Part shown: in pieces, positions 9,528 to 19,310 of the stretch
How the letters are laid out: every line of letters begins with the position of its first letter
Numbering within the stretch: the stretch's first letter is position 1
Origin: an uncultured Eubacteriales bacterium
GTDB lineage: Bacteria > Bacillota > Clostridia > Christensenellales > Aristaeellaceae
NCBI GenBank assembly: GCA_902767305.1
Contig: CACXHF010000315.1
Span: 1-53,461, forward strand
Length of the DNA stretch: 53,461 nucleotides
Direction: 5' to 3'
Notes under the pieces: model-generated
What the model was told of the DNA's origin: nothing
The model's input: only the letters and a program-made list of their open reading frames with translations
Databases searched by the model: none
Program-made: the position numbers and the translations under genes

Positions 9528-11432
9528 TCATGCAGTAATGGACATTTCGGCATTTCTCGCCATTATCTCCATCTGTGCGCCAATCGTCTGCGCCAGGCTG
9601 GCCGTCAGCCGTGCAGTAAATCCATTTCTGGGATCTGCCAATGCACGGATGATTTCCTCCTCGATTGCCTTTTCCTGTCGTTTAAGTCCGCGGCGCACAG
9701 CTTTCTCCGTCACTGCTGTCCTCAGAAGAAGAGGAATACGCACGGACCTGACGGCCTTTTCAAGCGTCGTTTTTCCAAGAAGGGCCAGCAGAAGTCCTGC
9801 TGAAGCCCCGGTAATCATTCCCACAGGACCCGTTCCAAGAATTGCTACACCGCCGCCACCGCAAAGTGCCGCACCGACCGCTGCCAGAACCACACCCATA
9901 ATTCCGGAGAAAATGTCCATTCCCATGGCGCTTGTCAGGGACAGTCCGACCCTGTCCAGACCGGTTTCCACATGTGCACTGCTCAGGGTCATTTGCTCAG
10001 ACGGAATGCCGCAACGGCAGCAGAGATCCATCAGACGGTCCTGAAGTCGGTCAGTCAGCCGGTCAAGCCAGTCCCGGATTGTCCCTGTAAGTCGTTTACG
10101 AACTTCCTCACCGGAAAAATCCTTCGAGATGCGTTCTTTCAGCACGCTGTCCAGATCATTGATCGTGTCAATCCCTCCGCGCTTCCACAGGCTGACCGTA
10201 TCTACTACGCTTTCCACAGAAGTTTCGTATAATGCCTTCGCTATCGGCTCATACAGTTCATGGACGCTGCTGCTTACCTGTGTATTCAGGTATTCTCCCC
10301 GGGAAAGAGACGCCACCTCCTCGCGGAACACCCGGAGATTTTCATCTACTCTGCCGCAGTAAGCCAGCCCCCGGGCAATGGAACACTCCGGTTCCGGACA
10401 CATGACCAGCAGAGAATCGTGAAACGCTTCGCGGCACTCCTCCTGCAGAAATGCCATACGCGATGCACCGCCGGTCAGAATGACTACCTGAGCCGGTTTT
10501 TCCTGACTGACACGAACAGCTGCTCTGAGTGCATCTCTCAGACATCCGCGAAAGCTTCTTCCGCCTATAGCCGGTATCGGCTCCGAAATCATTTCCTGAA
10601 CCATTTGTGCATCAATCTGCAGTTCAAGGGACAACGTTTCTTTATAACATACTACAACTCGTTTTTTCAGCGGTACTTCTTTCCATTTTTCCTCATCCAG
10701 AAAATACTGTTCCTTGATCCGCCTGGCCTCAAGTTCACAGTAACTATGCCAGGCAGGGCTTTCCTCCATCACTGCACGGAGTGCATCCCTGTCTCTGGAG
10801 CGATCAATGCATTTAGATAGTATCTGTTCATCCAAAAGTCCCCCGCCCAGGTTGGCATCGCCAAACAGCGAAAGACTCTGCTGATGTCCGTCGACAATAT
10901 AGGCAAAGTCCGTCGTACTCGAACCCACATCAATGACCAGAGCACTTTTCTGCATCAAGGCAGGATCTACGCGCAGTCCCCGTGCATGCCTTGCATACAT
11001 GAACGCAGCTCTGGACTCCGGTACAACGCTGACATTCGGAAAACCCGCGGATTCCATCAGGGCAGCATACTGAGACCTCCGTCCCTCACCCCATCCGGCA
11101 GGGCATCCGACAACTGTCGAACTGACCTCGGCCATCAGAGCTGGTTCTGTACGCGTCAGTTCACCGTATACGCCCTGCGCAAACCGGCGAATTTCCATGT
11201 GCGCCTCCGGATCAGTCAGATAACGGGATTTAAAGCGAACCTGTGTATTAACTGATCCCAGGAGAACACTTGCTGCTTCACCGACAACTATTTTTCCGTC
11301 CCGGTCACCAACTGCAGAAAGAATACTGACTTTCCCGCCGATAGGAATAACGCGCGGCTCTATCTTTGATGCCTCGTCCAGAATGGTGACCGCGCTCTCT
11401 CCGTCGCCCAGATCAAACCCGAGTATCTTCAT
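9528..11432 (-). CDS. Hsp70/actin-fold ATPase with a C-terminal helical region and a glycine-rich hydrophobic hairpin
   Basis: Motifs: phosphate-1 ILGFDLGDGES; VVGCPAGW...VVPESRAAFMYA; phosphate-2 VIDVGSSTTDFAYIV; GDANLGGGLLD; adenosine motif VVILTGGASRMAFL. Residues 503-553 are Gly/Ala/Leu-rich (GVVLAAVGAALCGGGGVAILGTGPVGMITGASAGLLLALLG). AGGAGGTGAGCAG precedes the ATG, and the start overlaps the upstream stop as ATGA. Confidence 0.8.
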   Translation of the reverse strand: MKILGFDLGDGESAVTILDEASKIEPRVIPIGGKVSILSAVGDRDGKIVVGEAASVLLGSVNTQVRFKSRYLTDPEAHMEIRRFAQGVYGELTRTEPALMAEVSSTVVGCPAGWGEGRRSQYAALMESAGFPNVSVVPESRAAFMYARHARGLRVDPALMQKSALVIDVGSSTTDFAYIVDGHQQSLSLFGDANLGGGLLDEQILSKCIDRSRDRDALRAVMEESPAWHSYCELEARRIKEQYFLDEEKWKEVPLKKRVVVCYKETLSLELQIDAQMVQEMISEPIPAIGGRSFRGCLRDALRAAVRVSQEKPAQVVILTGGASRMAFLQEECREAFHDSLLVMCPEPECSIARGLAYCGRVDENLRVFREEVASLSRGEYLNTQVSSSVHELYEPIAKALYETSVESVVDTVSLWKRGGIDTINDLDSVLKERISKDFSGEEVRKRLTGTIRDWLDRLTDRLQDRLMDLCCRCGIPSEQMTLSSAHVETGLDRVGLSLTSAMGMDIFSGIMGVVLAAVGAALCGGGGVAILGTGPVGMITGASAGLLLALLGKTTLEKAVRSVRIPLLLRTAVTEKAVRRGLKRQEKAIEEEIIRALADPRNGFTARLTASLAQTIGAQMEIMARNAEMSITA

Positions 11433-12271
11433 CTGCTCACCTCCTGCATCTGAACTGCCGCCACACCGCGCCGGATAATCCGTTCGCTGTTCACAAGTGC
11501 CGGGCGGACAGTCCGGCTCTTCCCTACCGTGGGCAGAAGCTCAAACATGGATGCATTTTCCGACGAATAACGAACCGCCTTTATCCCGATCCGGTGCAGA
11601 GCCTGTTCCGCCTCTGCAGCGTTCTCCACCAGCAGATCCTCCCGTCCGCTTTCCTTTGCCTCCAACAGTGCACTCACAAAATCCAGGAGCGCCTCTTCCT
11701 GTCCGCTCATCTTTCTCACCGTCTGCTCCGTATCGATCACGGCAAGGTCCTGCACGGCAATGTCAACCGCCTCGCAGATGGAGATCATTGTACGGACAAT
11801 GTCCGTCTCAACGTGTACGGTTCCTTCTGCTTTCCAGGTCTGCGTACTGCCGGGTGCCGCGCTGCTCATGCCGATATAGAGAAGCAGTACTGCTATCACG
11901 GCCAGAAGGGTAAAAATCCACCTGCCGCTGATCAGCTCATAAACAGCCAGCACAGCCAGCAACCCGACACCTCCGTACAGTGCAGCCGTTTTTGGTTTCA
12001 TCCGCCCCTCAGTTTCGTTCTCAGGCGCAGCTGCCACCAGCTTTCCCTCCGCACGTACGGCACGCAGAAGCGCTCCGGATTCCTTTGCCACCGCCAGAAC
12101 TGCCTGCTCCCGCTGACGTGTCACCTCATCTGTCTCCTCCTGAGCCAACAGAGCAGCGGTCCGCTCAAAGGCGATCCGGACAGCTGCTGCTGCCTCCTCC
12201 GCCGTCCCGGCCTGTCGTAAAGACTCTTCCAGAGCTGTCTGATTCGCTCTGAAGGCATCTGCTGTTTTCAC
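11429..12271 (-). CDS. two-TM membrane protein with a GrpE-like C-terminal segment (putative partner of the Hsp70-like ATPase)
   Basis: 280 aa. An Ala/Glu-rich helical N-terminus is followed by a hydrophobic hairpin (LYGGVGLLAVLAVYELISGRWIFTLLAVIAVLLLYIG). The C-terminal SRTVRPALV resembles the GrpE GRTIRPAMV signature. AAGAGGTG ribosome-binding site. The function is an inference. Confidence 0.6.
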   Translation of the reverse strand: MKTADAFRANQTALEESLRQAGTAEEAAAAVRIAFERTAALLAQEETDEVTRQREQAVLAVAKESGALLRAVRAEGKLVAAAPENETEGRMKPKTAALYGGVGLLAVLAVYELISGRWIFTLLAVIAVLLLYIGMSSAAPGSTQTWKAEGTVHVETDIVRTMISICEAVDIAVQDLAVIDTEQTVRKMSGQEEALLDFVSALLEAKESGREDLLVENAAEAEQALHRIGIKAVRYSSENASMFELLPTVGKSRTVRPALVNSERIIRRGVAAVQMQEVSR

Positions 12272-12328
12272 TCAATTCACCTCTTTAAAAAACCAGAGGA
12301 ATTCGGCAAGCCGGATTCCTCTGTCTGT

Positions 12329-14341
12329 TTACTGTTGTTCCGGGGCACTGTCTGTTTCACCATCTAAGACCGTGTAATCCTTCTCTGCATCCGGCGTATT
12401 CTCCTCAACGCCTCTGCCTTCCGATTCGGATTCATCGCGGACATGATAAGATGTTTCAACCTGCTGATCCGCTTTCTGCTCCCCTTCAGCCGCAGGCAGC
12501 TGATTGGGCGCAAGAATTGCCATAAACTCTATGCCGGTCAGAGTTTCCTTGTCAAGAAGCACTTTAGCCAGTTCATGCAGCTTTTCCTTATTATCATCCA
12601 GAATCTTATATGCATTCCGATAGCACTTAGCAATGGTGTCCCGAATCTCCGTATCGATTCTGGCAGTGGTCTCATCCGAACAAACCAGCTGCGAATCTCC
12701 GCTCAGGTACTGGCCGCTCTGTGTTTCAAGAGCCATCATGCCGAAAGTATCACTCATTCCAAGACGCGTTATCATCATTCTGGCCAGTTTGGTCGCCTGT
12801 TCAATGTCATTGCTGGCACCACTGGTAATCCGTCCAAAGACCAGAGCCTCTGCCGCACGTCCGCCGCAGAGTGTAGTAATCTTGTCGAGAATCTGCTCCT
12901 TGGTCATGAGCAGACGCTCTTCCTCGTCGACCTGCATGGTGTATCCCAGTGCACCGGAGGTTCTCGGAACAATCGTGATTTTCTCAACCGGAGATGCATT
13001 CTTCAGTTTGGCCGCAACCAGTGCATGACCGATTTCATGATAAGAAACCGTCAGCTTATCGCGCTCCGAAATCACCGCATTCTTTCTCTGGTAGCCGGCA
13101 ATAACCACCTCTATGGATTCCATGAGATCCTTCTGGGAAACCGCGCTGCGTCCGTTCTTGACAGCCGCAATGGCTGCCTCATTCACAATGTTGGCCAGCT
13201 CCGCACCGGAACATCCGCTGGTGGCACGAGCCACCTGATTGTAATCGATATACGTCTCCGTCTTCACCGCACGAGCATGAACCCGGAGAATAGCTTCGCG
13301 TCCAGCCAAATCCGGCAGTTCGACCGGAATACGTCGGTCAAAACGTCCCGGACGCAGCAGCGCCTTATCCAGAATTTCCGGACGGTTCGTAGCTGCCAGG
13401 ATGACAACACCCTTGCCTGCATCAAAGCCGTCCATTTCAGTCAGCAGCTGGTTCAGGGTCTGCTCGCGTTCATCATTACCGGCAAACCCGCTGGCATCTC
13501 TCTTCTTTCCGATTGCATCAATCTCATCGATAAAGACAATACAGGGAGCTTTTTCCCCGGCCTGCTTGAACAGGTCACGGACGCGGGCTGCGCCCATGCC
13601 GACGAACATTTCAACAAACTCTGAACCGGAAATGGAGAAAAACGGAACCTTGGCCTCACCGGCAACGGCCTTGGCCAGCAGGGTTTTACCCGTTCCCGGA
13701 GGGCCTACAAGAAGAGCTCCTTTCGGCAGTCTGGCACCAATGTCGCGGTATTTTTGCGGATTATGCAGAAAATCCACAATTTCCTTAAGCGCCTCCTTGG
13801 CCTCATCCTCGCCGGCCACATCCTCAAACGTCTTGCCTGTCTGTGCCTCAACATAAATCTTGGCATTGGACTTTCCGAATGACATGGCGTTTCCGCCCAG
13901 ACGGTCACCGATCCGCCGGAACATGAACATGCCAATCCCATAGAAAATCACAAGCGGCAGTACCCAGCTGATCAGGAAAGAGAGAATCGGTGACATCTGC
14001 TCCGGAACCACCTGATCAAAGGAAACGCCGGCTGCTGTCAGCCGTTCCACCAGCTTATCATCCGCCGTCACCCGGTTTGTCGTATAATAGGTCACCTTGT
14101 TATTATTTGTAAGGATGATGGACGCCGTCTCAACCGGCGTAAAGGCAATAGACGTATCATCAATCTGAACCGATTTGATTTCACCCTTTTCCAGCATCTG
14201 GATAAACTCCGAATACTGAACCTTCTTTACACTGTAGCGCTCAATCTGCGGGAACAGCAGTGCATTGAGCAGCATCACAACAACCAGTGCAATAATATAA
14301 TATATGATTAAGGGTTTGTTTGGATTCTTTTTTTCGTGCAT
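12329..14341 (-). CDS. ftsH: ATP-dependent zinc metalloprotease FtsH
   Basis: 670 aa with N-terminal TM helices, Walker [19 protein letters not shown], an SRH region and the zinc motif HEIGHAL. Confidence 0.95.
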   Translation of the reverse strand: MHEKKNPNKPLIIYYIIALVVVMLLNALLFPQIERYSVKKVQYSEFIQMLEKGEIKSVQIDDTSIAFTPVETASIILTNNNKVTYYTTNRVTADDKLVERLTAAGVSFDQVVPEQMSPILSFLISWVLPLVIFYGIGMFMFRRIGDRLGGNAMSFGKSNAKIYVEAQTGKTFEDVAGEDEAKEALKEIVDFLHNPQKYRDIGARLPKGALLVGPPGTGKTLLAKAVAGEAKVPFFSISGSEFVEMFVGMGAARVRDLFKQAGEKAPCIVFIDEIDAIGKKRDASGFAGNDEREQTLNQLLTEMDGFDAGKGVVILAATNRPEILDKALLRPGRFDRRIPVELPDLAGREAILRVHARAVKTETYIDYNQVARATSGCSGAELANIVNEAAIAAVKNGRSAVSQKDLMESIEVVIAGYQRKNAVISERDKLTVSYHEIGHALVAAKLKNASPVEKITIVPRTSGALGYTMQVDEEERLLMTKEQILDKITTLCGGRAAEALVFGRITSGASNDIEQATKLARMMITRLGMSDTFGMMALETQSGQYLSGDSQLVCSDETTARIDTEIRDTIAKCYRNAYKILDDNKEKLHELAKVLLDKETLTGIEFMAILAPNQLPAAEGEQKADQQVETSYHVRDESESEGRGVEENTPDAEKDYTVLDGETDSAPEQQ

Positions 14342-14450
14342 ACATTTCCCTTTCCGAAGGAATACCTTCTTTTCTATATGGGCAGATGTATGATACCCCT
14401 ACAGACGGTAAAAGTCAATCACATCTGACTGAACCGTTCACTTTGAGGAT

Positions 14451-15812
14451 TCAAATGTCAATTATGGCCGGAGACCATTTTCTCGGACAGACAGCATTTT
14501 CTGAACCAGACCGCCAGTCCCAGCGTTGCAGCCAGCAGCATTGCAAAAACAGCAGTCCAGCACCATCGCCAGTTTGCGGCATCTGTACAGTATCCGGATT
14601 TCCATCGCAGATCCGAACTCTTCGCAGAATCAGAGTACTCTCCAGAGACGGTGTCAGTCCTATCAGATACAGATACTCTCCCAGTACCGCACTGCGCGGC
14701 AGAAGAAACATTTCAGACGACGGATAAAAGCCTTTCGACAGGTTAAGCATCCAGTTTTCCGCCGGACACAGCACCAGCACATCGTTGTCATTGGTACTTC
14801 CTATCCACGGCACAGCGTCTGCTACCTCCATGGTGAGCGCCGTTTTCCCGTCAGTCGACAGTTGGCGTATGGACATCTTCAGATCATCTGACACCTGCAG
14901 AACAGCACCGTTTCTGTACAGAAAATAAGCCATGTTTCCATCAGAAGATGCATCTGCAAGATCAACGGAATCTGAACAGATTCCCCCGACGCTGTACAAC
15001 GGTTCCAGCCTGCCGCCCCGGAAAACACACAGCTTTGTATCGCTTCCCAGCGTGCAGAGCATGACCAGTTCACCGCCGGTCTGTGCAGCCATAAGCGGCT
15101 GATAAGGCGAGACATCTGTCTTGCGTTGAATCTCACCCTCCGACGAAAGAAAAATCATTGTCTGATCTTTCAGCAGCACTAGGTAATCCTCTGCAGCACA
15201 CATTCCGGAAATCATGTATGGAAACAAAGCCACTCGACGGCACGTTCCTGCATTCGGATCAATACAGTACAGCCGGCTTTCCTGTTGATTATACCCGATG
15301 TCAAAGCTGTTATTGCCTGCCGCATAGAGTTTTCCCTGAAAAGGCACCAGTGACGCTATGCGTATGTGTGTCAGTTCCCGCATTCCGCCCGGCACAACTG
15401 CCTCCAGCTTTCCAAATGTCCCGTTAAAATCCAGAATACGCGACCCGTTTTTTCCATCCGAAGACTGTATGCTGACCATACATTCACGGCCATTGAATGA
15501 TGTCGGCGCCACTGCCATAATTTCACTGTCTGACCAGGCAAGAATCCGTGCCGCACTCCCCCCGATCATCAATGTGCCAGCCTTATCGCCGAAAAAATGT
15601 CCGCGCACCTGTATTCCCTGCCCGTCACAGAATGCCTGCTGTGGAACAGGCACCGGTTTCTGACTGAGTGCATTCTGAAGGCTGGCAATTCCCCCGCTGA
15701 TACATTTTCCCTGCAATGACGGAACCTGAACCGCTGTCCCGACAATACGCGCTGCCAGCCGGTCTGCACTCTCTTCAGGGAATCTTTTTGCGAGAACAGT
15801 TGCCGTCGTCAT
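14451..15812 (-). CDS. IPT/TIG-like plus beta-propeller-like surface-protein gene, probably decaying (no signal peptide; sorting signal frameshifted)
   Basis: 453-aa ORF. An IPT/TIG-like segment (GIQVRGHFFGDKAGTLMIGGSAARILAWSDSEIMAVAP) is present. The C-terminal MPQTG motif is followed by an out-of-frame TM plus RK tail (see finding). Confidence 0.6.
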   Translation of the reverse strand: MTTATVLAKRFPEESADRLAARIVGTAVQVPSLQGKCISGGIASLQNALSQKPVPVPQQAFCDGQGIQVRGHFFGDKAGTLMIGGSAARILAWSDSEIMAVAPTSFNGRECMVSIQSSDGKNGSRILDFNGTFGKLEAVVPGGMRELTHIRIASLVPFQGKLYAAGNNSFDIGYNQQESRLYCIDPNAGTCRRVALFPYMISGMCAAEDYLVLLKDQTMIFLSSEGEIQRKTDVSPYQPLMAAQTGGELVMLCTLGSDTKLCVFRGGRLEPLYSVGGICSDSVDLADASSDGNMAYFLYRNGAVLQVSDDLKMSIRQLSTDGKTALTMEVADAVPWIGSTNDNDVLVLCPAENWMLNLSKGFYPSSEMFLLPRSAVLGEYLYLIGLTPSLESTLILRRVRICDGNPDTVQMPQTGDGAGLLFLQCCWLQRWDWRSGSENAVCPRKWSPAIIDI

Positions 15813-15837
15813 GCTGTTCTTGCTGCAGCACAGATGT

Positions 15838-16245
15838 TTATTTGGAGTACTGTGTCCAGCAGAACCGGGCGATTTTTCGAATCAGGTCTGCCGGAAATTC
15901 CCGATCATACGGCAGGCGAATCGTTCCCTTGCTCACATCAAAGCCGGCCAGTTCCCCGGCAAATACGGTTGTCGCCTCACCGCCCGGATAAAGACCAATA
16001 TGTTTTTTGAATGCAGCAAAATGAATCAGGTTCCTGCCCTTCCAGTAGGTGGGCATCGACCAGGAGATGCGCTCCTCAGCCTCCGGTATTGCCTCACACA
16101 AGATGGACCTCAGTTCTCTCAGTTTTCCCCGGACTTCCTCCGTCTGTGCATCTATATACTCCTCCACCGTCGTCGGGCGAAGACAGTAATGGTCCTGATC
16201 CTTCCGCGCAAATTCACGGCCGCACGCGGGACATTTCCATGTCAT
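15838..16245 (-). CDS. DUF1801 (YdhG-like) domain protein with an N-terminal CxxC..C zinc-ribbon-like motif
   Basis: Start set at the second Met (MTWKCPACG), 7-8 nt after GGAGGG. The pattern WSMPTYWKGRNLIHFAAFKKHIGLYP is typical of the YdhG-like family. Confidence 0.7.
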   Translation of the reverse strand: MTWKCPACGREFARKDQDHYCLRPTTVEEYIDAQTEEVRGKLRELRSILCEAIPEAEERISWSMPTYWKGRNLIHFAAFKKHIGLYPGGEATTVFAGELAGFDVSKGTIRLPYDREFPADLIRKIARFCWTQYSK

Positions 16246-16429
16246 TCCAAATCCCTCCATATTAAACCTGTGGCTGCCTGCGCGCGCCCTGTTCTCCGCT
16301 CATTGACAGACTGACCCGCGCGGAAAAGCCCCAATCCCCAAGTTATCCAGCATAAAGAAAAAAAGAAACGCCCTCAAACTGATGCCTGAAAGCGTCCCTT
16401 TTCCAGGACAAGTCCCGTTTGTTTATTCC

Positions 16430-17602
16430 TTATTCAGCGTCGGTCAGCGGATTCTCTGCCTCAGTAACAACTTTCTCATCCATCGGAGCAAGATTGTCAT
16501 CAAAATCGAGGCCCTGTACCTCAGCATTGTAATCGACTTCCTCCGTCAGAGCTTCGCGGATGGAAAGGCTGATGCGCTTGTTCTCAGTATCCACCTTGAG
16601 AACCTTCACGCGGACAACCTGACCGACCTGGACAGCATCCTCCACCTTCTGGATACGGCGAAGTGCGCACTGGGAAATATGGACCAGACCGTCAAGGCCA
16701 GGCTCAAGTTCCACAAACGCACCAAAGGTGGTTACGCGGACAACCTTGCCCTCTACGATGGAACCTACCGGATATTTCTCCTCTGCATTGTCCCACGGCT
16801 GCGGGATCAGTTCCTTGAGGGACAGCTGAATGCGCTCCCTCTCCCTGTCGATGCTGACGATTTTCACCTGAATCTCCTGACCCGGGGTTACGACATCGGA
16901 GGGATGCTTGACGCGATGCCAGGCCAGATCCGTTACATGAATGAGGCCGTCCACACCGCCGATATCAACGAACGCACCAAAGTCAGTAAGACGACGGACC
17001 GTACCGGTCACGATCTGACCTTCTTCAATGTTTTCCCATGCTTTCTTCTTCTCATCATTCAGGAAGGCCTTGCGGCTGGCAACAATGCGATGCTTGTTCT
17101 TGTCAACCTCAATGATCTTTACGGTCATTGTCTTGCCAACAAAATCACCAATGTTATCTACATAACGGCGCGCAAGATGGGATGCCGGGATGAACGCACG
17201 AACGCCCATTACATCCGCAATCAGTCCACCGTTAACAGCCTCACGGCCGACAGCTTCCACGCATGCTCCGGCGTCGCACTCAGCAATCAGTTTGTCCCAG
17301 TTCTTGCTGTCAGCAACTCTGCGCTCAGACAGCAGTACGTAACCCTCGCCATCATTCATCTTGATGATCTCAGCGTCAATCTGATCGCCGACCTTGTAAT
17401 CATTTCTTACAAGATCGCTCGTCTTGATGAAACCGTCAGCCTTGCCCGGAATGCTCACGATCACACCGTCGCTCACGACCTGCTCAACGCAGCCGGTCAC
17501 AACCTGCTTGGGGCTGATCTTACTGGTCTTCTCATCCTCTTTGAGCAACGCTTCAAACTCATTTGCGGATTCGGAAACGGGGTTTTTCTCAATGTCGTTC
17601 AT
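16430..17602 (-). CDS. rpsA: 30S ribosomal protein S1 (four S1 domains)
   Basis: 390 aa with four repeats of the G..V.G.V......GAFV...G..GL.H.S pattern. It lies downstream of ispH, as in many Clostridia. Confidence 0.9.
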   Translation of the reverse strand: MNDIEKNPVSESANEFEALLKEDEKTSKISPKQVVTGCVEQVVSDGVIVSIPGKADGFIKTSDLVRNDYKVGDQIDAEIIKMNDGEGYVLLSERRVADSKNWDKLIAECDAGACVEAVGREAVNGGLIADVMGVRAFIPASHLARRYVDNIGDFVGKTMTVKIIEVDKNKHRIVASRKAFLNDEKKKAWENIEEGQIVTGTVRRLTDFGAFVDIGGVDGLIHVTDLAWHRVKHPSDVVTPGQEIQVKIVSIDRERERIQLSLKELIPQPWDNAEEKYPVGSIVEGKVVRVTTFGAFVELEPGLDGLVHISQCALRRIQKVEDAVQVGQVVRVKVLKVDTENKRISLSIREALTEEVDYNAEVQGLDFDDNLAPMDEKVVTEAENPLTDAE

Positions 17603-17686
17603 CAGTTACTACCTCCTAAAGTATCTCAAACGGGCAAGCCCGATTGAATCATATCATTTATGTTAGCGGCTTCAGCCGGTAACAGC

Positions 17687-18526
17687 TCACGGGAAAAGAG
17701 AATTCAGCCGCTCAGCCACCTCGTTCAGCAGCCATTGCGGTGTCGACGCGCCCGCCGTCAGGGCAACTCTGTCCGTCTTCTGAATCGCATCCGTCGGTAT
17801 CTCATCAGCCGTCTCAACCAGATACGATCTCGTACAGCGCTGGCAGCATGTTTCATACAGCTTATTGGTATTGGAACTGTTATGTCCGCCTACCACAATC
17901 ATGACATCTGCCTCAGCCGAAAGTTTTTCAGCCTCTTCCTGTCTCTGGCTCGTTGCTGCACAGATTGTATTCTTCACCGTCAGGTCCGGTATCCTGCACC
18001 GGATCTCCTCCAGTACACTTTCAAATCGTTCCCGCTTGATCGTCGTCTGCGCAACCACCAGAGCCCTCTCGGGGAGATCTGCCTGTCGGACCTGTTCTGG
18101 GTCATTGAAGATGAATACCGTACTCTCCGCCCATCCTGCAATCGCCTTCACTTCGGGATGATCCGCTTCGCCGATGATGATGACAGCGTCACTGTTTCCA
18201 CTGTATTCTCGTACCAGCCGGTGAATCGCAGCAACATGCGGACAGGTGGCATCAATCACCGGAATTCCCCGTTTCCGGGCTTCCTCATAAACTTCCGGTG
18301 CAACACCATGCGAACGAAGAATCAGGGTTTCCCCCTGCTTTACCTGCGCCGGACTGTCAACGGATGCGATACCCGCCTGCCTGAGGCGCTCAACTTCCTG
18401 AGGATTATGAATCAGGGGCCCCAGCGTCACACAGGTAATACCGGCATCAAGACATCTGTACGCTTCCTCTGCCGCCCGCTTAACTCCAAAGCAAAACCCG
18501 GCATGTTTTCCAATTACAAGTTTCAT
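17687..18526 (-). CDS. ispH: 4-hydroxy-3-methylbut-2-enyl diphosphate reductase
   Basis: Start set at Met8 (MKLVIGKHAGFCFGVKRA). The GPLIHNP motif and conserved Cys positions are present, and the length is typical. Confidence 0.9.
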   Translation of the reverse strand: MKLVIGKHAGFCFGVKRAAEEAYRCLDAGITCVTLGPLIHNPQEVERLRQAGIASVDSPAQVKQGETLILRSHGVAPEVYEEARKRGIPVIDATCPHVAAIHRLVREYSGNSDAVIIIGEADHPEVKAIAGWAESTVFIFNDPEQVRQADLPERALVVAQTTIKRERFESVLEEIRCRIPDLTVKNTICAATSQRQEEAEKLSAEADVMIVVGGHNSSNTNKLYETCCQRCTRSYLVETADEIPTDAIQKTDRVALTAGASTPQWLLNEVAERLNSLFP

Positions 18527-18585
18527 CCGTGTCCCGCCTCTGATCATCCATCATACCTATTGAGTTACAGAACTCTCGTCGTGAT

Positions 18586-18614
18586 ATTATGAGGAATTTG
18601 CTTGAAAAAATCAA
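18586..18614 (-). promoter_or_regulatory. candidate sigma-A promoter for ispH-rpsA
   Basis: On the minus strand, TTGATT (18609-18614), a 17-nt spacer, then CATAAT (18586-18591), about 60 nt upstream of the ispH start. Confidence 0.3.
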
Positions 18615-18659
18615 CACTCTTTTTAAAAAAAACGGGATATTTTTTTTGAAAATGTCACT

Positions 18660-19310
18660 TTACTTCTGTTTTTCCGATATTTTTTCCGGTGGAAGCGCCT
18701 TTCCTCCGCTCAAATGGGCAAATGCCCCTTCCATTCTGTGGGTCAGAATATCACATGTTTCCTTGTTCATACGACCTTCACGCAGGTCCTTCATTTCAAT
18801 CGGTTTGCCTACAATCACGCGAAGCGGATGAAAGATCCTGTACGGTCCTTCGATATAAACCGGAAGAATTTCGCAGCCGGACTTGAGTGCCAGCAGAGAC
18901 GCTCCGCCAAGAAGCGGCCCCATATAGCCGGTCTTCGAACGGGTTCCCTCCGGAAAAATGCCCAGTGTGTTCCCCGTTTTGATCACGTTCATTGCTGTGC
19001 GAATCGCCGTCATGTCGATGTTCCCCCTGTCTACCGGAAAGGCATGCAGGTGATAGAAGCACCAGGCAAGGAACTTATTTTTGAACAGTTCCTTCTTGCC
19101 CATAAAATGGATTTCGCGGTCACGGACACAGATACCCAGTGTCAGCGGATCCAGAGCTGACTGATGATTAGCCATCAGAATGACCGGCGTATTTCTGGGG
19201 ATGTTTTCCCGTCCTACAAAACGGACAAAGAAAAACAGTTTTGCAATGATGTAATAGATTGATATAATGACGGTATAGAAGACCGTCCGTTTATTTGTAT
19301 TATTTTCCAT
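18660..19310 (-). CDS. plsC: 1-acyl-sn-glycerol-3-phosphate acyltransferase
   Basis: 216 aa with the HX4D motif (ANHQSALDP) and FPEGTRS. It overlaps the cmk stop. Confidence 0.85.
   Translation of the reverse strand: MENNTNKRTVFYTVIISIYYIIAKLFFFVRFVGRENIPRNTPVILMANHQSALDPLTLGICVRDREIHFMGKKELFKNKFLAWCFYHLHAFPVDRGNIDMTAIRTAMNVIKTGNTLGIFPEGTRSKTGYMGPLLGGASLLALKSGCEILPVYIEGPYRIFHPLRVIVGKPIEMKDLREGRMNKETCDILTHRMEGAFAHLSGGKALPPEKISEKQK

Noticed and set aside
12443-13624. Long ORFs antisense to strongly supported genes. Examples: 12443-13624(+) opposite ftsH; 8303-9538(+) opposite nagA/nagB; 16382-17647(+) opposite rpsA; 17660-18592(+) opposite ispH; 45773-46618(+) opposite the synthase; 29103-29843(+) opposite manA; 31874-32908(-) opposite tyrS and the T-box.
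   Set aside because: Each lies on the opposite strand of a gene with clear family motifs. Their translations are low-complexity (rich in Arg, Ser, Cys, His and Pro) with no recognisable motifs and no ribosome-binding sites. These are typical shadow ORFs.
16321-16429. A rho-independent terminator after rpsA. A T-run is present when the 16357-16367 region is read on the minus strand.
   Set aside because: I could draw only a 4-5 bp stem with a loop of about 20 nt immediately upstream of the T-run. That is not convincing without a folding calculation.
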